64,000 bases of DNA from a plasmid: sequence record NZ_CP023779.1, one strand, 5' to 3'. A program made the position numbers and the translations under genes. The notes below the pieces were generated by a model, which did no database searches, had not been told where the DNA came from, and saw nothing but the letters and a program-made list of their open reading frames with translations. Positions 54,967-64,000 of the stretch are shown here, one piece after another (the first letter of the stretch is position 1; each line of letters starts with the position of its first letter).

Positions 54967-55205
54967 CAAAAGGAGTCCTGTTCCTTTGGTCTGATGAGGG
55001 GCCCGGGTGGGGGCGAGGTAGCGCTCGCCTCCCCACAATCTTTCGAGGGCTCCCGGAGATCCAGCCGGGGGCCCTCGATCCGTTTGGGGGTTCCAAACGG
55101 GCCCGATGGGGGTCGTATTCACTTGCTGGGGTACTTCAGAGTCCTGCTCGGATTACTCGGTCAGTCCTTCGTCGATTAGCTTCACCCCTTGGAGGGCAAA
55201 GGAAT

Positions 55206-55439
55206 TCAGCTCGCCTTGAGGTTGGCGCGGTGCGCCCGTACATCGAGCAGCGCCGGTTCGTCCGCGATCGGCGTCGGCACCTTGGGGAGACCCTCGCGCA
55301 GCGCTTCTTCGACGACCTCCCACTTGTTGAGGCAACGCGCTTCCATCTCGTGGTTGATCCGGTTCACGAGGGTCTCGTCGATCCGCACGAACAGCTCGGT
55401 CACGTTCTGTCTGCCTCGATGACGCTTTGCCGCACCCAT
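55206..55439 (-). CDS. ribbon-helix-helix (CopG/Arc-like) DNA-binding protein
   Basis: 'TELFVRIDETLVNRINHEMEARCLNKWEVVEEALREGL' RHH motif. 77 aa. Confidence 0.5.
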   Translation of the reverse strand: MGAAKRHRGRQNVTELFVRIDETLVNRINHEMEARCLNKWEVVEEALREGLPKVPTPIADEPALLDVRAHRANLKAS

Positions 55440-55544
55440 ACCGATATCAATATCACTCGAGATGGTCTTGTTGGTCGCGACGCGCCGAGGATTCGCCACG
55501 GATTGAGCGGCCCTTGGAAGGAGCTCATGCCCACCGCCCGGTGG

Positions 55545-56579
55545 TCACCGTAGGGTGGCGGCGGCGCGGCTGTCGGGGCGTGCACGGCGGGCTGTGTCGC
55601 GGGTGTCTCGGATGGTGGCGCGGCGGGCTTCCATGGCGGCGGCGGGGGAGGTTCCGGCGCGCAGGGCCTCGGCGACGGCGGCGGCGTCGAGGAGTGCATC
55701 GCGGGCACCGGAACCGGCGGCGGGTGTGACGGCGTGGTCGGCGTCGCCGATCAACAGCAGCTCATCGGTTTGCGGCAAGGCGGCCTCGAGCGGCACGGTG
55801 CGGGCGTTGGTGATGTGCACGGTATCGGTGGCAGCGATGAGAGCGTCGAGCACCGGGGCCGCAGCGTCGGTGGCGATGGCGCGCAGCCGGGGAATCCATG
55901 GCCCGATCGGTTGCGGGCCGACCTCGCCGGGGTCGAGCTGGTCAGCATTGAGTCGGGCGAACCAGAAGGTATCGGCGGCCTCGGTGTGATGGATGTGGCC
56001 GATCGTGCCGCCGGGGCGTGTGCCGTCGGGGACAAGGGTGTCGAATGCCGCGGTGCGGTCCGGGGTGGGCAGCTCGACACGGTTCGCGACGGCGTAGAGG
56101 GCGATCTGGGCGGCATAGACGGGGGTGCGGGCCGGGTCGAGCTGGGCGCGGATGGGTGAGTCGATGCCGTCGGCAGCGATGATGGGGCCGGTGAGTGCAC
56201 GGCCCGCGGCGGTGATGCTGAGCCCGGCCGGTGTCGGAGTGACGTGGACCGGGGTGTCGTAGTGCACGGTGGCGCCTGCTGCCGCGGCGCGGTCGGTGAG
56301 CACGTCGAGTAGGTCGTGGCGGTGGTATGCGCGGTATCCGGGGGCGGGCTGGTGGTGGCCGTTGATCTGGATCTGGTCGATCGGTCGTGAGGCGTCGAGC
56401 AGGCGCGCGCGGTCGACTCCGAGGTCGGTGAGCAGATCGTGAACGGCACCGTCGAGAGCCAGGAACGCGCCGTTGCGATGGCGGGGGCCGCGCTCGTAGA
56501 CGGTGGCGGGGATGCCTGCGGCCGCTAACGCGCCCGCGAGGGCGCTACCGGCGATACCGGCACCGATAATGGTGACCAT
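55545..56579 (-). CDS. FAD-dependent monooxygenase
   Basis: 'MVTIIGAGIAGSALAGALAAAGIPATVYER' dinucleotide-binding motif. 'LIGDADHAVTPAAGSGARDA' GD motif. Confidence 0.8.
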   Translation of the reverse strand: MVTIIGAGIAGSALAGALAAAGIPATVYERGPRHRNGAFLALDGAVHDLLTDLGVDRARLLDASRPIDQIQINGHHQPAPGYRAYHRHDLLDVLTDRAAAAGATVHYDTPVHVTPTPAGLSITAAGRALTGPIIAADGIDSPIRAQLDPARTPVYAAQIALYAVANRVELPTPDRTAAFDTLVPDGTRPGGTIGHIHHTEAADTFWFARLNADQLDPGEVGPQPIGPWIPRLRAIATDAAAPVLDALIAATDTVHITNARTVPLEAALPQTDELLLIGDADHAVTPAAGSGARDALLDAAAVAEALRAGTSPAAAMEARRATIRDTRDTARRARPDSRAAATLR

Positions 56580-56587
56580 CTGCTCTC

Positions 56588-57679
56588 CTACTGCTGTGTG
56601 GTGTGGCGGGCGTACGCGCGCGCGAGGGCGATGATGTCGGCGGCACGGTTCGTGAGGATCGGTTGCGGCCCTTGACCTTTGCGGGGCCGCAACCGGTCGT
56701 CGCGGTGCAGGCGCGCGATGGTGACCGCGACCTGCTCGGGGTCGTTCCAGTGTGCCGGGTCAAGCTCGGCGGCGACGACGGGGCTGATGGTGACCAGCCG
56801 GTCCCGGAGTTCGATGGCCGATTGGTAGCGGGCGGCGTGGGCGCGCAGCAGCAGCGCCGGGCGGCCGGTGCGGGGGTAGGTGTATTCGGGAATCGCGTCG
56901 GAGAGATCACGGCTGAGCGTACGGGCGGCGCGCACGTCACGGTATGCGGGCACGATGGACCCGACCTGACGGATGCGATGGGCGGCCGCGACTGTGGCGA
57001 GCGAGGCGGCGAACAACGCGGCCGCGCCCAGGAACCCGACCTTGAACGCGCTCTGGACGACGGCCGGGGCACGGTGGTCGGTCCATGTGGTCAACGCGTA
57101 TTTGATGGCCCACCAGAGGGTTTCGGCGGTGAACAGCGCCAGCGCCAGCCACGCCAGGTGCAGGCCCCACCGCAGGACGCCGCGGGCGCGGCGGGCGGCG
57201 CGACCGGCCAGGACACTGCTCACGGCGGTGGCCACGGGGAACGACCCCGACTCCGCGAGGGAATACGTCTGCGCCCGCCAATTGTGCTGCGCATACAGTG
57301 ACTCCGGGGCAGCGGGCAGCGTGATCAGCACGGCCGCGATGACCAGTGCCGCCACCGCCGCCCAGCAGCACACCACCCGCAGCAGCGACCAGGCCAGGGC
57401 GCTGCCGTCGGCGGCAGCGTAGTAACCGATCATGGCGCACAACATGATCTCCAACCCTGCCGCGGCGATGGTTGTTGCCCAGTAGGTCATGGCGAAATGG
57501 CTGCGCTGGATGCCGTCGAAGACGAGGGCGACAGCCAGCGCGGTGATCGCGGCAGTGATCATCCGGGATTCGGTCGTGGGTTTCACCTGGCGAATCCGCC
57601 ACACCGCGATCACCGTGATGACGACGACGCGGACCGACCACAGCAAACCGTCGTCGGAATGCCCCATGCCCAAGTACAT
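56588..57679 (-). CDS. integral membrane protein (multiple TM helices)
   Basis: Hydrophobic N-terminal two-thirds. Downstream of the ImmA/ImmR-like pair on the same strand. Confidence 0.5.
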   Translation of the reverse strand: MYLGMGHSDDGLLWSVRVVVITVIAVWRIRQVKPTTESRMITAAITALAVALVFDGIQRSHFAMTYWATTIAAAGLEIMLCAMIGYYAAADGSALAWSLLRVVCCWAAVAALVIAAVLITLPAAPESLYAQHNWRAQTYSLAESGSFPVATAVSSVLAGRAARRARGVLRWGLHLAWLALALFTAETLWWAIKYALTTWTDHRAPAVVQSAFKVGFLGAAALFAASLATVAAAHRIRQVGSIVPAYRDVRAARTLSRDLSDAIPEYTYPRTGRPALLLRAHAARYQSAIELRDRLVTISPVVAAELDPAHWNDPEQVAVTIARLHRDDRLRPRKGQGPQPILTNRAADIIALARAYARHTTQQ

Positions 57680-57691
57680 GATCGTCCCCGC

Positions 57692-58210
57692 CTACCAGCC
57701 GATCGTGTCTCGCAGCGCGGCGTCGAGCCGTGCGGCCCGCTCATCGGACTGTGCGGGCAACGCAGCATCGGCGCTGGCATGAATCCAGACGCCGACCTCG
57801 CGGGCGAAGAACTCGGCGTCACGCTCATCGATATTGGCGTAGTTGCCGGTGCGGTGGGTGGCCAGCTGCCCCGGCCCGGCTGGCTCGAACGTGCCGAAGA
57901 CCAGATGCGCGAGCTCGTGCAGGACGAGGTGGCGCTGATGCGCGCGGTCGGTTGCTTCCTGCACCGCGATCACGTAGCCGCCGTCACCGTCGACCATGAT
58001 GGCCGAAAACATCGAGAGCACAGGGAGGGGGAGCCTGTGCAGTTCGATCGTGCGGCCGGTATGGACTCTGATCGCAGCCATGATGCCCGCCACACCGTCT
58101 TCCGGACGTACCCGCAACTGCCGCAGGAACCGACGGATGCGCCGCCGCAACAACCACCAGCGCAGCCGTGTATCCGGTGCGGGCGCAGTGATCAGCGGAG
58201 CAGACGGCAT
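57692..58210 (-). CDS. ImmA/IrrE-family metallopeptidase (anti-repressor protease)
   Basis: HEXXH 'HELAHLVFG'. Tight TGAATG junction with the upstream XRE repressor. Confidence 0.7.
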   Translation of the reverse strand: MPSAPLITAPAPDTRLRWWLLRRRIRRFLRQLRVRPEDGVAGIMAAIRVHTGRTIELHRLPLPVLSMFSAIMVDGDGGYVIAVQEATDRAHQRHLVLHELAHLVFGTFEPAGPGQLATHRTGNYANIDERDAEFFAREVGVWIHASADAALPAQSDERAARLDAALRDTIGW

Positions 58211-58645
58211 TCATCCGAGTATGTCCGAGTCAGGGTCCGCAGGCAGCCCCCGGCTGCGCCGCAGGCTCTGCAAGATGCCGGTGATCGCCGCAATGTCCTC
58301 GTCATCGAGATCGGCCATCCGCCACGCCGCCGCCTGGATGTTCTTCTCGCGGCGAAGCTGCTCGTACATCTCCCGCACATCCTGATCAGGGCGGGGACGC
58401 TCGGTGTAGAGGGCTTTGGGATCGCCACCGTGGTACGCGCGTTCCGCGCTGCCGGGCTCCCACCCCAGCGCGGTATCCAGACGCTGAAACGTCGACGGCC
58501 GCAGCGGATGATCGGCCACGTTGCGCTCGATCTTGGACACGGTCACGAAACTCGGGCCACCAGCGGCGGAGACGTCGGACTGGGTCATCTTCAGCTGCTG
58601 ACGACGACCTTTGACGATCACGCCGAATCGCTCGTGGTTGTCCAT
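58211..58645 (-). CDS. XRE-family repressor (ImmR-like)
   Basis: 'LKMTQSDVSAAGGPSFVTVSKIERN' HTH_XRE. Paired with the ImmA-like gene. Confidence 0.75.
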   Translation of the reverse strand: MDNHERFGVIVKGRRQQLKMTQSDVSAAGGPSFVTVSKIERNVADHPLRPSTFQRLDTALGWEPGSAERAYHGGDPKALYTERPRPDQDVREMYEQLRREKNIQAAAWRMADLDDEDIAAITGILQSLRRSRGLPADPDSDILG

Positions 58646-58774
58646 GAAACTCAGGTCCTATCGGGAGGCCCGATGGCCTCTGTCAGCGTAAACACCGGCG
58701 TCTACTGCATAAATCATATGCGAAGCGAGCCCGGCAGGGAGCTGGGGCCCTGCGCAAGCCGACAGTAGCACAAC

Positions 58775-58835
58775 TTCATGGTAGATATTTTAAAAATTTG
58801 GTATGCAGTTTAAAAAATCTGGTGTAACTTCTACC
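58775..58835. promoter_or_regulatory. AT-rich direct repeats (TTTTAAAAATTTGGTATG / TTTAAAAAATCTGGTGTA) in the immR-upstream intergenic region
   Basis: Two ~18-bp near-repeats 21 bp apart. Confidence 0.4.
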
Positions 58836-59095
58836 GCACGCCGCCCGTATGCGTCACCGCTGCCGCCGGATACGGGCTGGACGGACGTTCGGTTCTCGGC
58901 AGCGCCAGGGAGGGATCTGGTGACAGGAGAGGGGAAGGTGTCGATGCCGCGATGGCAGATCGCTCATCGGCTGCCGTCGCGAACGGGGACGGCCCGCAGA
59001 AACCCGGTGTCCCCATCCCCCCGGCCTCGGTCGAGGCCATAACGCGAGGGAAGCACATGTTTTCAGGCGGCCGTTTTCCGACACTCACCAGCGGG

Positions 59096-59548
59096 TTACG
59101 CCGGCGAGCCCGGAGGCCGCTGGCGCGCGCGCTCGTAGGCGGCGCGCACCTCGTCCACGGAGAGGCCGAGGCCCTCGGCCAGGCCCGTGGCGCTCTCGCG
59201 CGACAGCGCTACCTGGCCGAGCTCCAGGCGGTGAACGGTCGGCGCGCTCAGACCGGCCGCGGTGGCGAGCTCTTGCTGAGTCATGCCCCGCAGCACCCGC
59301 CAATCGCCGAGGTAGCGCTCGGTGACAGGGATCGGCACGAGCACGTCCATCGGAACGCCGAGCGCTTGTGCGACGCGCCAGAGCAGTTTGACCGAGGGGG
59401 ATTTCTCCTCGCGTTCCCACTGTTCGACTGCGCTCTTGCTGACGCCCGCGACGCGGGCCAGTTCGCCGGTGTGGTGCAGGGTGGGGTGGTTCTCCCGCAC
59501 GTGCCGCAGCGCTGCGCCCTTGAATCCGCGCGTGACCTTCCTGGTCAT
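59096..59548 (-). CDS. XRE-family regulator with two tandem HTH domains
   Basis: 'TGELARVAGVSKSAVEQWEREEK' and 'MTQQELATAAGLSAPTVHRLELGQ'. Confidence 0.7.
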   Translation of the reverse strand: MTRKVTRGFKGAALRHVRENHPTLHHTGELARVAGVSKSAVEQWEREEKSPSVKLLWRVAQALGVPMDVLVPIPVTERYLGDWRVLRGMTQQELATAAGLSAPTVHRLELGQVALSRESATGLAEGLGLSVDEVRAAYERARQRPPGSPA

Positions 59549-59871
59549 CCGCGTACCTGTTTGCGCTGGTCATTCATCGGAACACACCATGCCACACCGT
59601 CCGATGAGAGCTCTCATTGTCTGAAAATAGAGTGTGAAAATAGAGTACACTCGGCGGGGAGGCTTTAAGACGGACGCAAGGACGAGACGAGGAAGCGGTG
59701 AGACCGTCAGGTTCGTGATCATGAAATTCCCTGCTCACAGCCTGACCTGGTGATCCCTGGTGATCGAAACGAAGAACCTTCCCCTCCGTTGCACCGGAGG
59801 GGAAGGCCCGAAGTCGCTCCAGCACGGTTGCACCCGTCCTGGAGCTGATGCAGAAACTAGGAGAGCTCTGC

Positions 59872-61290
59872 ATGAACACAGTAGAACGCGAGCCAGGTTC
59901 CGCGCGCCCCGATGTTTCGGGGCCGCGCATTCCGGCCGGTCGTGACCGGGGTGCCGGTGGGCACCGGGCGGCCCGCACGGCGGGCAACGCCGCGCGGGCC
60001 GCGGCCGCCTTCACCACCACGGCCGCTGTCGTGCTCGGTGCGGCGGGGTGGGCGAACGCAGCTCCCGGCGAGCAGCAGCCCGGCGTCACGGGCCCGTCGC
60101 AGCAGCCCGGCGTCACGCCGAGCCCGGCGACCGATCAGCCGGGGGTGTCGACTGCACCAACACCGCCGCCGCGTCCGGAACAGCATTCGCCGGTGGGGGA
60201 CCTGATCCCGGATCCGCCCACGTACGCGCCGAGTGAGTACCGCAATCCGCCGAGCCACTCGAGCGGCGGCAGCGGTGGGTCGCAGACTCGTCCCGCCCCG
60301 GCACCGAGTTTGACGCAGGATCTGCCCAACCTGCACGCCCCGGAACCGGTTGCGCCGCCGAAGGTGATCGTGCCGCCCGCGCCCGACAAGCTCGGCCTCG
60401 GCGACGCGACGATTCCTCGGCCCGACTGGGTGCCGGTCGACGCGGCATGGAAGATCAACGGCCAAATCGCGGACATGCAGCGTGGAACCAACGCGTTCAT
60501 GCAGTCGACCGGCATCAACGCCGATCGCGCCGATCTGATGTCGGCGGCCATGGTGCTGGGCGGCGTCTCGGGCTTCGCTGTCGGCGCAACGACTGTCGGT
60601 GTCCCACTGGCGGTGGTCGGCGCGGTCGGCGGAGGGTTGATCGGCGGCACGATCGGCGGTATCGCCGGGGCCGCTGTGGGCACGGTGGTGCCGGTGCCGG
60701 TGGTCGGCACGGTGACCTCCGGGGTTGCCGGGACCGCGATCGGCGCGGCCGCTGGCGCGGCGATCGGCGCGGCGGCGCTCGGCATTCCGGGTGCGCTGGC
60801 CGGTGGCGCGGCGGGCGCGGCCATCGGGGTGACGACCGGTGCAGTTGCGACTGCCGGTGACGGCTCGGATTACGTTGCACCACCGCAAGATCCGTCGAAC
60901 CCCGGTGCTCCGTCCCCCGCTCCGGGCCCGTCGCTGCACGATCGGATCGCCGCGCAGGCGGCGGCTGCGATCGGGACCGGTGAGCAAGCCTCGCGCTGGG
61001 TGCAAGCTCAGCCGGGCGGGCAGCAGGCGGCCGACGCCGCGCTGTCGGCGGGCGCTGCGGTCGGTGCGGCGGTGCAGGCTCAGCCATGGGCCGCGCCCGC
61101 CGGTGCCGCCGTCGACCAGGCCGCACGGAACGTGGTGGCGGCCGCCAAGTCCGCCCCGCCGACCTCCGAGGTCGCTACCGCCGTGGCCGACGTGATCAGC
61201 GAGCAGAAGCCGTTCGCTCCGGGGCAGTTCGGTGCCTTCACCGATGCCGCGAACGGCGCTCTCGCCGCTGTGCAGGGGGTCGTGCGATGA
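59872..61290 (+). CDS. secreted Pro-rich / Gly-Ala-rich protein
   Basis: AGGAGAG RBS. Signal peptide 'AAAFTTTAAVVLGAAGWANA'. 'QQPGVTGPSQQPGVTPSP' repeats. Gly/Ala block like the gene at 6575..7186. Stop overlaps the cutinase start. Confidence 0.6.
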   Translation: MNTVEREPGSARPDVSGPRIPAGRDRGAGGHRAARTAGNAARAAAAFTTTAAVVLGAAGWANAAPGEQQPGVTGPSQQPGVTPSPATDQPGVSTAPTPPPRPEQHSPVGDLIPDPPTYAPSEYRNPPSHSSGGSGGSQTRPAPAPSLTQDLPNLHAPEPVAPPKVIVPPAPDKLGLGDATIPRPDWVPVDAAWKINGQIADMQRGTNAFMQSTGINADRADLMSAAMVLGGVSGFAVGATTVGVPLAVVGAVGGGLIGGTIGGIAGAAVGTVVPVPVVGTVTSGVAGTAIGAAAGAAIGAAALGIPGALAGGAAGAAIGVTTGAVATAGDGSDYVAPPQDPSNPGAPSPAPGPSLHDRIAAQAAAAIGTGEQASRWVQAQPGGQQAADAALSAGAAVGAAVQAQPWAAPAGAAVDQAARNVVAAAKSAPPTSEVATAVADVISEQKPFAPGQFGAFTDAANGALAAVQGVVR

Positions 61291-62807
61291 ATCCGCTCCT
61301 GCGTGTGAGCGCGGGGGCGGTGACCGTGGCGACGGCGGCCGTGCTGGTCGCCGTCCCCGGTACCGCCGCCGCCGACCCGTCCTCTGCGACCGATTGCCCG
61401 GCGCTGTACGCGCTGGGGGTGCAGGGCACCGGCGAGTCGTCGCCGGATGCGCCCGCCACGACCGACACCGGCATGTTGTCCAACGTGTTCACGCCGTTCC
61501 AGGCCGACGCCGAGGCGGCGGGGGTCAAGGTGGCCCGCGAGTATGTGGCCTACGACGCGGGGTTCGCCGGGTTCGTGCCCGGCGGCACCCAGCCCTACGA
61601 GCAGTCGGTGACCGGCGGCAAGGATCGGCTGTCGCAGACCGTGAGCGATATCGCACAGCGGTGCCCGACAACGGATTTCGCGCTCGCTGGCTACAGCCAG
61701 GGCGCGCATGCGGTGTCGTTGTTCGCCCAGGATGTCGGGCAGGGCCGGGGCCCGATCCCGGCGGACAAGGTGGCGGCGGTGGCCCTGTTCGGTGATCCGA
61801 CCCGCAATCCCGGTGCCGCGCCGTTCCCGGGAGCGACCGATCGCGAGTCGCCGAAGGCTGCTCCGGGCACCTCGGGCGCCGCGATCCAGACGGTAGCCCA
61901 GCTCGTCCCGGCGAAGCTCAGCGGCGGCGGCATCGGCCCCCAGCGCGATATCGCATCAAATTTCGGTTCGCTCACGGGCCGGGTGGCGAGCTTCTGCGCC
62001 TCGGGGGACTTGTCCTGCGACGCACCCGATCACGCGCCGCTGCTGCACGCGGTCGCCAATATCGCCGGGCAGACCGAGTTCGGCGGTGACCCGCTCAAGG
62101 CCCTGGGCTCGATCACCCAAGCCCTGGCCATGACCGGCATCAAAACCGCGACGAACGTGGTCAACCAGGATATCTCAGGGAACTCGCTGGCCTCGCTGAG
62201 CCTGAACCCGCGCAAGTCGATCAGTGCTCGCATCGCCGAGGCGTCGGATCCCCGCACGCCGGTGGAGCCGGGGCAGGTCATCCAGGCGCTGTTCAAGGTG
62301 GCCACGATCGGCATCAACTCCGCGGTGACCGTCGTGCGCACCCTGCTGACCCCGGCCAACATTGCCGAGATCGCCGCGGCCGGGCTCGCCGATCCCGTTG
62401 CGGGCCTAGCGGTTTTCGGCGGCAAGCTGATTGGGGCGCTGCCGCAGCTGATCCCCCCGGCGACGGCGAGCCGCCTGGTACAGCAGACCTTCAACGCGTT
62501 CGTCGGCAATCTGACCGACAACCAAGACATGTTGCAGGCGGCGACGTGGGTCAAATACTCCGATGTCATCCAGCGGCACGGGTCGTACGCGAACGATCCG
62601 GTGACCGTCGATGGCAAGTCGGCGACGAAGTTCGTGGCCGATTGGTTCGTCGCGACTGCGAAGGATGTCGCCGCTAGCGGCGGTGCCCCTGCCGCGTCGG
62701 TGCCGTCGACCACCGCGCCGCACTCCACGGTCGCGCCGACGACTTCGCGTGCCCCGTGGACGTTCTCGCTCGACTCGTCCAGCGCGCCGACCACTTCGGC
62801 CCGGTGA
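61286..62807 (+). CDS. cutinase-family serine esterase with C-terminal extension (secreted)
   Basis: Signal peptide. 'CPALYALGVQGTGES'. Catalytic 'GYSQGA'. 'FCASGDLSCD'. Confidence 0.75.
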
Positions 62808-62933
62808 CTTCGGTCCGCCCGGTGGACCGGACCGGGTGGCCCGAACCGTGGCAGGGGCCGGAGGTAGCTCTCCTAGCCCGGCCCCTGCCTTCCCCTCTTC
62901 TCCAACGGACACAGCTCGCATGGGAGGTGAGCA

Positions 62934-63731
62934 ATGTTGTTCCCGAACAACGGTTCTGACGACGGCAATGCCGTGTCCGGCCCGACGGCGGGATGGGGCG
63001 ACTGGCTGCGGCCCGAGCCTGCCGACCCGGCGGCGGGCCCCGTTCCGGCGGCCGAGGTGATGCAGGCCGCGCCCCGCAACGGTGCCGAGGTGGCAGCGGC
63101 GGCCACGGACTCGGCGTGGTCGCAGTGGCTCGAGGACTCGGGACCAGCTGAACAGGACACCGCCGCCACGGCCGCGGCGGCTCCGGCGCAGCGGCGGCGG
63201 CCGCTGGTGTTCGCGCTCGGGGGCGCGGTCCTGGCCGTGGGCGCGGTGATCGCCGGTGCGGTCGCGCTGATGTCGACGACGAGGACACCGGTCCCGGCAC
63301 TGCCGACACCGGCGGTCACCCCGCCCTCGGCCTCCGCGACCGATCCGGTGCTCGGTGGCGGCCCCGGCTGCGACGCGACCCGCGCACCGAATCTGGTGCG
63401 CGGCAACGGAACCGGTGGCACCGCCTCGGGGCCGGACGCAATTCTGGCGTTCCAGCACGGTTACTACGCGGCACGATCCGGCGCGGCGGCGTGGTCGGTG
63501 GTCGCACCGGGCGCACAGGTGTCGCCGGTGGAAGCGATCGACGCGGGGATCGCGACCGTCCCGGCCGGTACCCGGTACTGCGTCACGATCACCCCGGCCG
63601 CGGACAGCGAGTACCTGGTCGTGATCACCGAGACCCGCCCGGACACCTCGGTGCGCACCTGGCAGCAGCGGGTCACCGTCGCGGCGCAGGGCGGCAAGAC
63701 GCTCATCACCCGGATCGGACGTGTCGAATGA
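62934..63731 (+). CDS. membrane-anchored hypothetical protein (single TM)
   Basis: RBS 'GGGAGGTGAG'. TM 'LVFALGGAVLAVGAVIAGAVALM'. Confidence 0.5.
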   Translation: MLFPNNGSDDGNAVSGPTAGWGDWLRPEPADPAAGPVPAAEVMQAAPRNGAEVAAAATDSAWSQWLEDSGPAEQDTAATAAAAPAQRRRPLVFALGGAVLAVGAVIAGAVALMSTTRTPVPALPTPAVTPPSASATDPVLGGGPGCDATRAPNLVRGNGTGGTASGPDAILAFQHGYYAARSGAAAWSVVAPGAQVSPVEAIDAGIATVPAGTRYCVTITPAADSEYLVVITETRPDTSVRTWQQRVTVAAQGGKTLITRIGRVE

Positions 63732-64000
63732 CCAGCGTGGACGCCCACACGGGTGAATTCGTCGAGACCCACGGCGCAACGGCCGAGACGGCACAGCCCG
63801 CGGGCCCGGTTCCCGCGCCGCCGCTGCTGCATATGCCGCGCAGCGGAAACCTCTCGTTCGCGGCGGCGGTGGCCCCGCCCCTCGATCGGCGGGCCCCGGC
63901 GTGGGAAACGCCCGTGCAGCACAACGAGCGGCGGGCCCCGGCGGTGTGGTTGCTGGGCGCACACGGCGGCGCGGGGGTGTCGACCCTGGCGCAGATGCTC
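63728..64000 (+). CDS. partial CDS, possible MinD/ParA/CpaE-like P-loop protein (3' end outside the window)
   Basis: ATGA overlap with the upstream stop. 'WLLGAHGGAGVSTLAQML' P-loop-like motif. Confidence 0.35.
   Translation, partial: MTSVDAHTGEFVETHGATAETAQPAGPVPAPPLLHMPRSGNLSFAAAVAPPLDRRAPAWETPVQHNERRAPAVWLLGAHGGAGVSTLAQML

Noticed and set aside
1-64000. CRISPR arrays, tRNA/tmRNA, rRNA
   Set aside because: No array of regularly spaced direct repeats was seen. No sequence with tRNA T-arm/acceptor features or the tmRNA tag region was recognised. All repeats found are accounted for as operators, hairpins or intragenic duplications.

Overview
The window is high-GC (about 68-70%) actinobacterial DNA, Corynebacteriales-like in codon usage and gene content. 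It reads as one contiguous piece of a conjugative plasmid or integrative conjugative element (ICE). No rRNA, tRNA or CRISPR array was recognised. Several calls below name protein families (DUF4913, DUF3560, DUF932, PRiA4_ORF3, BrnT/BrnA, MobF, CYTH, PurO) from memory of their motifs. None was checked against a database, so each needs an HMM or BLAST search.

From left to right:
- 0-7.6 kb: a conjugation / type IV secretion block with an NlpC/P60 cell-wall hydrolase, a lipoprotein, a TraG/VirD4-type coupling ATPase, a DUF4913-like protein and a Gly/Ala-rich secreted protein.
- 8.0-8.7 kb: a BrnT/BrnA-like toxin-antitoxin pair.
- 8.7-9.1 kb: ssb.
- 9.5-15.9 kb: a 2.1 k-aa MobF (TrwC-like) relaxase-helicase with an internal ~670 bp tandem duplication.
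- 16.2-17.3 kb: a hypothetical protein and an HNH endonuclease.
- 18.3-28 kb: a block of small minus-strand genes (NrdH-like redoxin, DUF3560-like, DUF932-like and others). At least five of their promoters share a palindromic operator pair, CATAGTACTATG / CGTAGTACTATG.
- 29.4-31.1 kb: a serine recombinase, an adjacent resolvase remnant and res-like repeats.
- 31.7-33.2 kb: a PRiA4_ORF3-family gene and two hypothetical genes.
- 33.4-39.3 kb: three tandem tyrosine recombinases overlapping by 4 bp, matching the 'recombinase in trio' (RIT) arrangement.
- 40.8-44.3 kb: a translationally coupled nucleotide-related operon (cupin-like, CYTH-like, P-loop nucleoside-kinase-like, SAM methyltransferase) convergent with an IMP-cyclohydrolase (PurO)-like gene. 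This is the best candidate for an undescribed system.
- 46.5-47.7 kb: an XRE/TPR regulator.
- 47.8-51.2 kb: a membrane protein, a tandem-repeat protein and ParA.
- 51.6-53.5 kb: a Zn-finger/coiled-coil protein and a hypothetical protein.
- 53.5-55.4 kb: a Rep-like gene with an RHH regulator.
- 55.5-59.5 kb: an FAD monooxygenase, a membrane protein, an ImmA/ImmR-like protease/repressor pair and a second XRE regulator.
- 59.9-64.0 kb: a secreted Pro/Gly/Ala-rich protein, a cutinase-family protein, a membrane-anchored hypothetical and a partial P-loop protein.

Several short repeated DNA elements fall in intergenic positions (hairpins, palindromes, AT-rich islands). They suggest a shared regulatory logic that is not annotated.

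Limits: all coordinates for adjusted starts were derived by hand and may be off by 1-3 nt. Alternative start codons are common. No folding, HMM or database search was possible here.
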